Positions 1 through 8,773 of a DNA stretch of 31,591 bases are shown here, in pieces (within the stretch, counting starts at the first letter, position 1; each line of letters begins with the position of its first letter). Source of the stretch: Myxococcota bacterium (GTDB lineage: Bacteria; Myxococcota_A; UBA796; GCA-2862545); NCBI GenBank assembly GCA_039208735.1, contig JBCCQY010000107.1, forward strand, positions 1 to 31,591. Direction: 5' to 3'. The position numbers were made by a program, and so were the translations under genes. A model generated the notes under the pieces. That model was not told the origin of the DNA. It worked only from the letters and a program-made list of their open reading frames with translations, and searched no databases.

Positions 1-23
1 ACGTGCCACTGCTGGGCACCGCG

Positions 24-244
24 GGCCTTCGGCGCTTCACGCCTGCAGCCCTACGCGGGTCCGCTTTCGTCGCTTACGCTCCTGCAAGTCCGTGCTCCGC
101 TGGCCTTCGGCGCTTCACGTCTGCAGCCCTACGCGGGTCCGCTTTCGTCGCTTACGCTCCTGCAAGTCCGTGCTCCGCTGGCCTTCGGCGCTTCACGCCT
201 GCAGCCCTACGCGGGTCAGCTTTCGTCGCTTACGCTCCTGCAAG
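24..244. repeat. Tandem repeat, 78-bp unit x ~2.8, each unit made of two imperfect hairpins (REP/BIME-like)
   Basis: The unit GGCCTTCGGCGCTTCACGCCTGCAGCCCTACGCGGGTCCGCTTTCGTCGCTTACGCTCCTGCAAGTCCGTGCTCCGCT starts at 24, 102 and 180 with near identity. Internal inverted repeats are GGCG/CGCC, GGGC/GCCC and, in the last copy, TCAGCTT...AAGCTGA. It lies just past the slyX stop. Confidence 0.9.
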
Positions 245-248
245 CTGA

Positions 249-446
249 TTAATAATGCGGCGGCGGCTCGTCCGTGGCATCAGGAGCTTGACGTTCGACC
301 GCTTCCCGAAGCGCGTCCATGTCGCGCCGCAGGCCTTCGACCTCGTCTCGGACGGTGCGCAGTACCTCGTCGAGTTTGGCAAGAAGGTCCTCCTGAAACG
401 CCACCTTGACCTCGAGATCGGTCAGCCGCTTGTCGGTCTCACTCAT
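249..446 (-). CDS. slyX: SlyX family coiled-coil protein
   Basis: 65 aa, MSETDKRLTDLEVKVAFQEDLLAKLDEV...DEPPPHY, with the LExKxAFQE and C-terminal EPPPHY signatures. The ATG at 446 overlaps the helicase stop (ATGA). Confidence 0.92.
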   Translation of the reverse strand: MSETDKRLTDLEVKVAFQEDLLAKLDEVLRTVRDEVEGLRRDMDALREAVERQAPDATDEPPPHY

Positions 447-2533
447 GAGTCGTCCTTCTCGAAGATCTCGCGCAAGATCGCTGACGGCGTGCCCACCGAC
501 GTAAGCCAAAGCTGATGGATGGCTCGGGTGCTTGCAACATGCAGCAACCGCCTGGCCTCGGCTGCGTCAGGGTAGTACCGCGCACTCGCTTCGAGAACCA
601 CGACGTAGTCAAACTCAAGGCCCTTGACCGTGGCGACCTCAGCGATCTCGATGCCGGGGGCAAAGGTGAAGTCCTGCTGCGTCACCCGACGCAACCGGGG
701 GACCTCACTGCGGTTGAGACCGGCAAAGTACACACCCGAAATCTCGGAGGACGGCGACAACAGCACCACCGAAGCGAGCGGCTCAGCACGGACCAACTCC
801 TTGAGAGAGTCAGCGAGGAACGCGACGCAAGCACCGTGATCGGTAAACTGGAACAGTTCGACGTCAGGACCCCCTCGCGTGGCCAACGGAGGGTCATCAT
901 CCTCGCGCAGATCGCCGAGCACGGCTTGCGAGAAGGCCACGATGGGACGGGACGAGCGGTAAGCGATGCGAAGGGTGTTCACTGTGGTTCCAGCCAGCCC
1001 CAGGCGATCGAAGAAATTCGCCCAAGACGTAAAGCCCGCCTCTTGCATCACATGCTGCTGGGTGTCGCCCGCCAATGTGATGGACTTGTGCCGGTCAAGG
1101 CACTCGATGAGCACCCGAACCTCAAGCGGCGAAAAGTCCTGGACCTCGTCAATGGCAATGTGGCGGTAGCGCAAGGCCCCGCGCTTGTGGCGCAATGGAC
1201 CGACGCGCAACTGCCAGGCATGCAAGAGCAATACTTCATCTTCGGGGTCGAGGGCAGCCCCACTTTTCTTGTCACCGTCCAAAAACGCGTACAGCTCCTC
1301 AAACCGGTCGCGGCACCACACCGTCGCCTTTTCGAGCTCGGCCTGGGTGAAGGCGATGCTTCCTTCATCGGACAACGCACGGCGCAGCGCCTCGACGTTC
1401 GTAAGCGAACTCACCACATCGTCGAGCGCCTGCTCGGCCGTAGCGGGCCCCGTCACGTGCTCCACTTGATCGGCCAACCGCGCCATCATCACGGGGTGCA
1501 GCTTGAGGCGCACGACAATCGCAGGCGTATCGGAGCGGACCGACTTGGGCAGCTTGGGAAAGTGCCGGTGCACCTGACTCCGCGCCCACGATCGGAAGTC
1601 CCGCACTTGAGCATGCTCGACGCCAAGCGCGGGCAGGACGTGGCTCACATACTGGCGCAGCGCAGTGGAAAACACCACAAACAGCGTTCGGGGAGTATCG
1701 ATCTCGGCGTCTTCGTAGGCGAGGTAAGCAATGCGGTGCAGCGCCACCGTGGTCTTGCCAGATCCCGCGGTGCCGCGAATGACCACGAAGCCCGACGAGG
1801 GCTGGGTGATCAGCTCGAACTGCTCGGCATCGATGAGTCCCGCAATGTCGGGCAGGCGCTTGTCGCGCCGTTGGCGCGTCCCCTTACGGTCGGTCCCCAG
1901 ACGACGCGCCCTCCCCTGGTCGACCGCATGCGCTCGCAGCGCGGCCCCTTGACCGCCCGCCAACTTCGCGGGCTCGAGTCGGACCTGACGCCACCCCTCC
2001 TCCGCCTCGGGGTCGTTCACGAACGTCCCCTCGGGCGCATCGACCCGCTCCAAGGTTCCCTTTTGGATGGTCAGGGTGCGCCTGGCCTCGACCTCGCCTT
2101 CGTGGACGCGACCCCCGAACTCTTCTTCGTACTCCTCGCCCTGCTGGTACGCGTAGAACAGGCGGGAAATGGGAGCATCTCGCCAGTCCACGATGCGCAA
2201 GCGACCTGAAATGCGGGTCGTCTTCCCCAAGAAGACATCACGGGACTTCCCATTCTCGGTCAGCCGCAGGTGGGCAAAGTAGGGCGAATCAGGATCGAGC
2301 TGGGCTTTGTCCCGACTCGCACGCACCTGCGTGAGCAGAGCATACTGCCGATCGAACTGTTCCCGAAGGGCTCCCTGATCTTCTTCTTTGGCATTGGGAA
2401 TCTCGTCGCGCAGACGAACCAACTCATTGACAATTTCGGTCTCGGAAACGGGAGCCTCGTAGGGCTCCTCGTTCAGCCAGGTCCGGATCCGGCCGAGCAG
2501 TTCCTGCTCTTCCTTCACGATCGGATTCGACAC
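443..2533 (-). CDS. HelD-like superfamily 1 helicase/ATPase (RNA polymerase recycling factor family)
   Basis: N-terminal DSPYFAHL...IVDWRDAPISRLFY as in HelD; Walker A GTAGSGKTTVALHRIAYL; DEVQDFS; AGDTQQ; YRSS; VKGLEFD; VASTRA. Confidence 0.85.
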   Translation of the reverse strand: MSNPIVKEEQELLGRIRTWLNEEPYEAPVSETEIVNELVRLRDEIPNAKEEDQGALREQFDRQYALLTQVRASRDKAQLDPDSPYFAHLRLTENGKSRDVFLGKTTRISGRLRIVDWRDAPISRLFYAYQQGEEYEEEFGGRVHEGEVEARRTLTIQKGTLERVDAPEGTFVNDPEAEEGWRQVRLEPAKLAGGQGAALRAHAVDQGRARRLGTDRKGTRQRRDKRLPDIAGLIDAEQFELITQPSSGFVVIRGTAGSGKTTVALHRIAYLAYEDAEIDTPRTLFVVFSTALRQYVSHVLPALGVEHAQVRDFRSWARSQVHRHFPKLPKSVRSDTPAIVVRLKLHPVMMARLADQVEHVTGPATAEQALDDVVSSLTNVEALRRALSDEGSIAFTQAELEKATVWCRDRFEELYAFLDGDKKSGAALDPEDEVLLLHAWQLRVGPLRHKRGALRYRHIAIDEVQDFSPLEVRVLIECLDRHKSITLAGDTQQHVMQEAGFTSWANFFDRLGLAGTTVNTLRIAYRSSRPIVAFSQAVLGDLREDDDPPLATRGGPDVELFQFTDHGACVAFLADSLKELVRAEPLASVVLLSPSSEISGVYFAGLNRSEVPRLRRVTQQDFTFAPGIEIAEVATVKGLEFDYVVVLEASARYYPDAAEARRLLHVASTRAIHQLWLTSVGTPSAILREIFEKDDS

Positions 2534-2551
2534 GGCATCCCCATGGGCAGC

Positions 2552-4522
2552 CTATCGCCGTAATTTGGGGACCCGTTCGTGGCCAGAATCGACCGCAAGC
2601 TCATCGACGTCGCGGACGAAGGCGGCAAACGCACGGCGAGTGGCCCGCATCGTCCCAGGAATGGACGTCTGCATGGCCTGTGCGGCCTCCCACCAGGGGC
2701 GGCCCTCCACGATGCGGTGACGGATCAACCGCTGCTCTTCGGCCGATCGCCGAGCGAGAAGGTCGCCATGCCATCCAACGAATTGGCGAAGTTCGACGAC
2801 CACGGCGTCGAGGGGCCGAGGTCCCTGAGTGTAGCCACGAACGCCTTGCTCGACCTCCACCGCGGGAACGGGGGCGGAATTGGCGACCAGGCCCTCCCAC
2901 AGAGCCTCTTCGAGAGCCTTCGGACGAGGGCCGGCATCATCGCGGGCGAGCAAGGAGAGCTGCGTCTCAAGCCTCGCCGCAAGCCTTGCCCGGAGCTGCT
3001 CGACCACCTCCGTCGCCCGCGCACTGACCGGCCGCACCATGACGGCCGCGGGGTCCCCCGTCCGTGAGCCACGAGACGCGCCCAGCCGAACGAGGACGTA
3101 GCCTAGGGCCTGTCGGAAGCGAACCACCGCCGCGGTAGCCCCAAACAACGTCCCAAAGGCATCGGGGGCGTAGTGCTCATGAATCGCCGCCACGAGCTGA
3201 CGGGCGAGGCCCCGGCGCCGACATGCGGGATGCGTCACGATGCGAACACTCCGGATGAACCGCAGTGCACCGGCCTCTCGAACGCCAGCATGACTCACCA
3301 ACGTCTCAGGAAGAGCCTGGCCACGCAGCCGCCGCGTCCCTGTCGTCAACGCCTCGATCGTCGCTTCGTCGAGAGGACCCTCCAACGCCACGATCGAGGC
3401 CGCTACGACCGTGTCACCCTGACGAAGGGTGTGCAGGGCCAGGTTTGGCGCATCGAGCAACCGCTGCAGATCCCCAGGGGTGGTCCGGTAGTGCGCGTGC
3501 ACCAACAGGCCGAAGATGTGGTTGAGAGCACGCTCATCAGAGGCCAACACCTCTCGATCCCACACCTCGTGGTGCACCGTTCCCCGCGTCGGGGCGAGTG
3601 GAGGACGGGGGGTCATCAGCAGCGCATGAGTCACCGCGCGCTCAAGCGGATCATCGGCGGGGTACCGAATCGGCTCGTGCAGCGTGAGGGTCGAGGTCGG
3701 ACGGGCTTGACGGCCCAACCAGGCACCAAACCGCAAGCCAAACCCCCGGCCCGTGCCTTCGTAGCCCTCGGTGGTCGTCGCAAACCAAAAGTGGGCGCCT
3801 TCAAAGCGGCGAACCAGGGCCTGGAGCCATGCCACAGACAGCGCGGCAGCCTCGTCCACCACCACAAGTCGCGGTTCGAAATCACCCCATCGGAGGCGGC
3901 TGGGTTCGATGAACGCCACGTCCGGACGCTCTGCAAACCGCACCACCTCTGCCACGGCACGGGGATCTGGACTGGTCAGACAGACGCGCCCGACGGTGTG
4001 TCGCAACGCAAGGCCCAATGCGCTCGATTTCCCTCGACCCCGGCGCGCCGTGACCACGGTGCATGCTGGAGGACCGTCGAGCCCTGATCGAAGGAACTGC
4101 ACTACCGCGGCCTGGTCGGCCGTTCCCATCGTCCGCTCGCGCACCGGAGGAGGCTTTACGAGGGTGAGGTCTGTGGCCGTGTCTAGCGCCGCCACGACCC
4201 GCCAGGTAAACCGCTGCCCGACATCGTCGACCGAAAACGGTGGCACCGCAAGCCGAGGGTCTCGCGGCCACACCCCGGTCTCGGGCAGCCGCACGACCAG
4301 CACCCCGCCGGACCCGATGAGACCTTGAGCTTGGCCGAACGCCTCGGCGGGAAGAGGATGATGGCCATCGAGCACCACGGCTTGCACCGTGGTCCCTAAG
4401 GCCCTCCGCAGCGTCAACGGGTCTGCCCAAAGCACTGGATCGAAGCCTTGGAGCCAAACCTTGGCCAACGCCAGGGTCGCCTCGGGCGTCCCCCGGGCGA
4501 TCCGCACCGTGCGGGGGGTCAC
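2552..4522 (-). CDS. tmcA: tRNA(Met) cytidine acetyltransferase TmcA (helicase + GNAT)
   Basis: TARRGRGKSSALG, VDEAAA, FATTTEGYEGTGRGF, EPIRYPADDPLE, LLVHAHYRTTPGDLQRLLDAP, and GNAT motif A RIVTHPACRRRGLA. Start placed at GTG 4522, which overlaps the upstream stop (GTGA). Confidence 0.9.
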   Translation of the reverse strand: MTPRTVRIARGTPEATLALAKVWLQGFDPVLWADPLTLRRALGTTVQAVVLDGHHPLPAEAFGQAQGLIGSGGVLVVRLPETGVWPRDPRLAVPPFSVDDVGQRFTWRVVAALDTATDLTLVKPPPVRERTMGTADQAAVVQFLRSGLDGPPACTVVTARRGRGKSSALGLALRHTVGRVCLTSPDPRAVAEVVRFAERPDVAFIEPSRLRWGDFEPRLVVVDEAAALSVAWLQALVRRFEGAHFWFATTTEGYEGTGRGFGLRFGAWLGRQARPTSTLTLHEPIRYPADDPLERAVTHALLMTPRPPLAPTRGTVHHEVWDREVLASDERALNHIFGLLVHAHYRTTPGDLQRLLDAPNLALHTLRQGDTVVAASIVALEGPLDEATIEALTTGTRRLRGQALPETLVSHAGVREAGALRFIRSVRIVTHPACRRRGLARQLVAAIHEHYAPDAFGTLFGATAAVVRFRQALGYVLVRLGASRGSRTGDPAAVMVRPVSARATEVVEQLRARLAARLETQLSLLARDDAGPRPKALEEALWEGLVANSAPVPAVEVEQGVRGYTQGPRPLDAVVVELRQFVGWHGDLLARRSAEEQRLIRHRIVEGRPWWEAAQAMQTSIPGTMRATRRAFAAFVRDVDELAVDSGHERVPKLRR

Positions 4523-5715
4523 AGCGAGGCGTAGATGGCGCGGGTCAACGCGATGGCCCGAGGAGACCGAATCCGCCAATCCATGCGGTTCATCACGTAG
4601 CCAATGGCCAGTTCCGCGTCGGGGTCGGCCCAGCCCAAGGCCCCGCCTGCCCCGGGATGCCCAAACGAAGCCGGATTCGGCGAAAACACACCTTCCGGTT
4701 CCTTCACGAAGCCTTGGGCAAACCCCATGGGCTTCTGGAGTACCCCGTCGCGCTCAGACCAAGATTGGCGAACCCTGAGCGGTTTGACCACCGTGGGGTC
4801 GACCAGGCGCACCCCGTCCACTTCGCCAATCACCGCCGCATAGGCCTTTGACAATGCATCGGCGGTGCAAACGGCCCCCATCCAAGGCAATTCCAGTGCA
4901 AGGACGGATGGGTCGTTCATCACGTCAAGACGTCGCGGTCCAAGATCAGGGTTGAGCAAGGCTTGTCCTACGAGGGTCCGCTTTCCCAGCAGGAGGCGAC
5001 GTCCGATGCGTCCCTCTGCGGTTCCGCGCACGAACAGGGCCGGCAGATGATGGCGCATCCGTTCTTGCGACGACACCGTGATGAGCTGCGCCCGGCGGGC
5101 CAACACCTCGGGGCCCGCTCCAATCCAGGCCGCCAACCCTAACGGCGCGGCGATGTGTTCGGCGAACCAGCGCCCCACGCCCATGCCCGTGACCTTGCGA
5201 AACAGGCCCCCCATGAACGCGCCCCACGCCGTGGCCCCGTAGGCCTGGGTGTGACCGGGGGCCCATTGCGGGGGCTGAGCCTCGAGAACCGCGTCAATCC
5301 GAACCGGGTTTGCAAAGTCGTGCAGATCCAGCGGCTCGTCGATGACGGAGAGCCCCGATCGATGGTTGAGGAGCTGCCGCACTGTGACGTGCGCCTTGCC
5401 AGAAATCCCAAAGCCTGGCCAAACGTCCGCCACCGGCGCATCGAGTTCGAGCTGACCACGCGCGACGAGCATCAACGTGGCAATGGCCACGAGCCCTTTG
5501 GTGGCCGAGAACACGACAACCGGCGTGTCGGCGTCCCACTCGCGTGCCGTATCAGGGTCGGCCATGCCCGCGTGGAGGTCGACCACGACCTCGCCGCGAT
5601 GGCGAACCACGACCGAGGCACCCATCTCGCCCCGCCGTTGAAAGTTTGCGACGAACGCCTCTCCGACAGAAGAGAAGCGAGGATGCACGAAGCCATGCAC
5701 GGCGGGTTCGGCCAT
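4519..5715 (-). CDS. Serine hydrolase, beta-lactamase/family VIII esterase fold
   Basis: SxxK motif FSATK, LLNHRSGL, PQWAPG..QAY, FGHPGAGG...ADPD..LAIGYVMN. Start at ATG 5715 (MAEPAVHG). Confidence 0.88.
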   Translation of the reverse strand: MAEPAVHGFVHPRFSSVGEAFVANFQRRGEMGASVVVRHRGEVVVDLHAGMADPDTAREWDADTPVVVFSATKGLVAIATLMLVARGQLELDAPVADVWPGFGISGKAHVTVRQLLNHRSGLSVIDEPLDLHDFANPVRIDAVLEAQPPQWAPGHTQAYGATAWGAFMGGLFRKVTGMGVGRWFAEHIAAPLGLAAWIGAGPEVLARRAQLITVSSQERMRHHLPALFVRGTAEGRIGRRLLLGKRTLVGQALLNPDLGPRRLDVMNDPSVLALELPWMGAVCTADALSKAYAAVIGEVDGVRLVDPTVVKPLRVRQSWSERDGVLQKPMGFAQGFVKEPEGVFSPNPASFGHPGAGGALGWADPDAELAIGYVMNRMDWRIRSPRAIALTRAIYASL

Positions 5716-5769
5716 GCTGTGTGGTATCCCGCTCCCGGAAAGGTATCGGGAGGCACAGGGACGGAAACG

Positions 5770-6342
5770 ATGCCTCCACTTCCCAAACCACCCGGAAAGA
5801 TGGACGTGGAGGTCCTTCACGATGGGGTGCGGTGGTCGTACCGCCAACCCATCGGACGGACCTCTTTGTGGGCGTTGTTCGGCCTCATCCTGGTCGGAGG
5901 GCTCGGAGCCGCGGCGGGCCTCTCCCCCAGCGCACTTGCGCTAATGGCCGGTCTTGCGCTGTGGCTCCTCGTGGTGGTCGTGATGCGGTACCCCTATCGG
6001 GTCGAAGCGCGACTCACGGATCGCCTGCTCATCGTCGACCGTTGGCGGATGGTCGGCCGCTCTCGGGCGTCGCTGCGCCTCGACGAACTGACGCTCGTGA
6101 AAGTAAGCGATCCACCCGAACAGGGCGGCACGGGTCGCGTCATCGTGAAGGCCGACGACCAGATCGAAGCATTTGGGCGAGACCAGCCCCGACGGCACAC
6201 GGAGTGGTTTGTCGAGGCTGTGGAGGCCGCCCGCCAGTCCGTCGCCCGCCGCGAGCAACGGGAAGGCCGTGAATACTCGTTCCTGCGCAAGACGCCGCAG
6301 GACGTCGATGCGCTACGGGCGCCTCCGAAGACGGAGTCGTAA
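5770..6342 (+). CDS. Hypothetical membrane protein (2 TM helices + beta-rich, possibly bacterial PH-like domain)
   Basis: ATG 5770, divergent from the hydrolase; two hydrophobic stretches followed by beta strands. The longer ORF from 5155 is the antisense shadow of the hydrolase. Confidence 0.7.
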   Translation: MPPLPKPPGKMDVEVLHDGVRWSYRQPIGRTSLWALFGLILVGGLGAAAGLSPSALALMAGLALWLLVVVVMRYPYRVEARLTDRLLIVDRWRMVGRSRASLRLDELTLVKVSDPPEQGGTGRVIVKADDQIEAFGRDQPRRHTEWFVEAVEAARQSVARREQREGREYSFLRKTPQDVDALRAPPKTES

Positions 6343-6346
6343 ACCC

Positions 6347-6640
6347 CTACATTGCCGCGATGACTTCAGGCAGGCCGCGAATCACGTCGTAGACGTCTAG
6401 CACGCTTTCGGCAGATTCCATCTGGGTCAGCACGTGGAGCGCCACGTAGCTGCCGTTGCGAGATGGACGTTCGGAGACTTCGAGCACCGAAGCCTCTCCG
6501 GCTGCCGCTCCCACCGCGGTGATCACGGTGGACCGGCTTTCCGGACGCACGACGATCCGAAAACGGTAGGGTCCAGGAAACTCGTGTTGGGATTCGAGGA
6601 GCGACAACACACGTTGCCGGTCGTCGGGCTGCGGATCCAT
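6347..6640 (-). CDS. DUF493/YbeD family protein
   Basis: 97 aa with LESQHEFPGPYRFRIV...SERPSRNGSYVAL...VLDVYD; GGAGAG RBS before ATG 6640. Confidence 0.85.
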   Translation of the reverse strand: MDPQPDDRQRVLSLLESQHEFPGPYRFRIVVRPESRSTVITAVGAAAGEASVLEVSERPSRNGSYVALHVLTQMESAESVLDVYDVIRGLPEVIAAM

Positions 6641-6709
6641 GGGTGCTCTCCACCGGTCCCGGGGGTAGCGTGTCTCTATCTGGTGGCGGCGCAGGAGGGC
6701 GGACACAGG

Positions 6710-8773
6710 ATGAGCGACACCATCACGGGCACCACCATCGCGGGCCGCTACCACGTCACAGGGCTGTACCGTCCAGGACGGATGGGTGACACCTACCTGG
6801 CGCGACGCATCGAAGATGATGCGCTCGTCTTCGTAAAGCTGCTCGACCCCGCCTACTTCGACCAGCAAGAGCGCGTGCGTCGTTTCGAACGCGAGCTTCG
6901 GATCACCCGGTCCATCCAGCATCCTGCCACCTTGTCGGTGCTCGATGCGGGCCGCGATGAACACGGGCCCTTCCTCGTCACGGAATACGTCCAAGGCGAG
7001 TCGCTGGCCGATATTCTCGCCGAACATGGCGCGTTGTCCGCAGATCGCGCCGCCCGGCTTGCCGCGCGCATCGCCTCAGCCCTGCATGCCGCCCACAACG
7101 TGGGCGTCATCCACCGCGACCTTGCCCCCACAAACGTGCTCGTGGGGCACGACGACCTCATCAAAGTGACGGACTTCGGCTTGTCCGTGCTGACCCAGCT
7201 CGACAACAGCGGCGCCGATGAGGTGACGGCCACGGGCGTCAAAATCGGCACGCCCTGGTACATGGCTCCCGAGTACATCACTGAGGAAAAGCTCGACGCC
7301 CGTGCCGATCTCTACGGGCTGGGGGTGGTCCTCTTCGAGATGCTCACGGGGTCGAAACCCTACACCGGGCGTCCTTACGAGGTGATGGACCTCCACGTCG
7401 ACGCGCCCATTCCGCACCCGCAGGCCAAGGCGGGAAACACCCCAGGGTGGCTCGACGCACTAACCGTGCAGCTCATGGCAAAGGAACCGGGTTTGCGACC
7501 GCCCTCCGCCATCGACGTCATCCGGCGCATCGAGGAAGGTCTTGGGGGCGCAGTCGTCGCCGGCCCCTCCCCGATGACGCCGTTGGGCGCGGGCCGCGTC
7601 GCCGAGCCACCGCCACGGATTCGCCGGTTGATCGGTAGCCACCTGCGCCAGGGCGCCAAGCAGGTCGCCGCGTCCCTCGAACGACGACGCTCCTACGTGG
7701 TTCAGCGCCTGGCCAATCCCTCGGTCGCCGCCGAGTTGGGTTGGCGACCGGGATGGCGGATCGTGCTGCCCGACGAGCCCGTCGATGGATTGCTCGAACC
7801 CGAGTTTTCGGCCGAGGTCAACCAGCGGCGTTTCTTCGCCTTCCCTCCTGGACAAACCACCCAAGCCGTCGAAGGGGTCACCTCGGGCGCCGATCCTGGC
7901 GCCACCTTGATGCGCGCCCCCGAGAACGTCGAAGCCTACTTCAATCCAGAAGAACCCTCCGCCGAAGCGCTGCACGACCTATGGATCCAGTCGCGCTACG
8001 AATTGCTGGAACGCCTTTGCCAAGCCACGCTTGAGGGCGGCTCCTCCGACCCAGCGGCCTTGGTGCTCAAGGGAGCGGCGCAGTACGAGCAGGGTCGTCA
8101 GGGCGAAGGATTGCGCTGGATCCAGCAATTCCACGACCGGCATGCGGCCTCCGCACCCGCGCCCTACCGCGCGGTCGCGCACTTCTACCTCGGTCTCGAC
8201 CGGTTGCAGTTTGGGCATCGACCATCCGCCGCGGAGCACTTTCGCCATGCGACGGTCCTTGGTGGCCTGTTGTCGGCGGCAGGCCGCCACGAGGAACTCA
8301 CGGGAAGCCGCCCCGATGTCACGCCGTGGGTCGGACGAACCTTCGCTCCCGCCACCCTTCCCCGCCAGGACACCGGTGCGCCCGTCGACGTGGTGGCGCG
8401 ATGCGAGCCGCTTGGACCCGACCAATTGCTCGCCGTCGTGTTTGCCGGGGGCCAGGAACGCACCGCTGACCATGGTCGAACCTTGCGCAGGTTGCACCGA
8501 CACCTCCGTGGGTTTCCATCCGTCCTCCCGGAGGCGTTGGTGGTCACGGCGATTCACGATGGGGACCCTGAGCCGCCCCTTCACCCCGCAGACGAAGCGC
8601 TCCGCGCGACCGACCGAGCCATCACGTGGCTCGTCGACCCAGCCGCACAATGGCATCGCGCGATTCACCCTGCCAACCTGCCGTGCGTGTACTTGCTCGA
8701 TGCACAGGCAACCTGCCGCTACCAGGGCCCGCTTTCTGGCGTAGGCCTTTGGGAGGCTTTGGCCGCCTCATGA
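6710..8773 (+). CDS. Hanks-type Ser/Thr protein kinase with C-terminal TPR-like and thioredoxin-like regions
   Basis: GRMGDTY, VFVKLL, RRFERE, HRDLAPTN, DFG, GTPWYMAPE, RADLYGLGVVLFEMLTG. Start at ATG 6710 after a GGAGG-containing leader. Confidence 0.88.
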   Translation: MSDTITGTTIAGRYHVTGLYRPGRMGDTYLARRIEDDALVFVKLLDPAYFDQQERVRRFERELRITRSIQHPATLSVLDAGRDEHGPFLVTEYVQGESLADILAEHGALSADRAARLAARIASALHAAHNVGVIHRDLAPTNVLVGHDDLIKVTDFGLSVLTQLDNSGADEVTATGVKIGTPWYMAPEYITEEKLDARADLYGLGVVLFEMLTGSKPYTGRPYEVMDLHVDAPIPHPQAKAGNTPGWLDALTVQLMAKEPGLRPPSAIDVIRRIEEGLGGAVVAGPSPMTPLGAGRVAEPPPRIRRLIGSHLRQGAKQVAASLERRRSYVVQRLANPSVAAELGWRPGWRIVLPDEPVDGLLEPEFSAEVNQRRFFAFPPGQTTQAVEGVTSGADPGATLMRAPENVEAYFNPEEPSAEALHDLWIQSRYELLERLCQATLEGGSSDPAALVLKGAAQYEQGRQGEGLRWIQQFHDRHAASAPAPYRAVAHFYLGLDRLQFGHRPSAAEHFRHATVLGGLLSAAGRHEELTGSRPDVTPWVGRTFAPATLPRQDTGAPVDVVARCEPLGPDQLLAVVFAGGQERTADHGRTLRRLHRHLRGFPSVLPEALVVTAIHDGDPEPPLHPADEALRATDRAITWLVDPAAQWHRAIHPANLPCVYLLDAQATCRYQGPLSGVGLWEALAAS

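Noticed and set aside
24..244. CRISPR array, or the coding ORFs 3-248 and 92-409
   Set aside because: The units are contiguous and near-identical with no unique spacers, and there are no cas genes. The ORFs arise because 78 is a multiple of 3.
515..2209. Long + strand ORF (564 aa) and similar antisense ORFs (3173-4087, 13189-14385, 17695-18885, 19404-20288, 22242-23111)
   Set aside because: Shadow ORFs opposite well-supported genes in high-GC DNA, with no recognisable motifs.
4523..4579. ORF-track N-terminal extensions of tmcA and of other genes (starts 509, 5847, 5155, 6434, 7027, 8626, 24993, 25756, 25750)
   Set aside because: Most overlap neighbouring genes; downstream starts with an RBS, a stop-start overlap or the family N-terminus fit better.
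4519..5715. Beta-lactam resistance gene
   Set aside because: The motifs fit the broad family VIII esterase/serine hydrolase group; nothing is specific for a true beta-lactamase.
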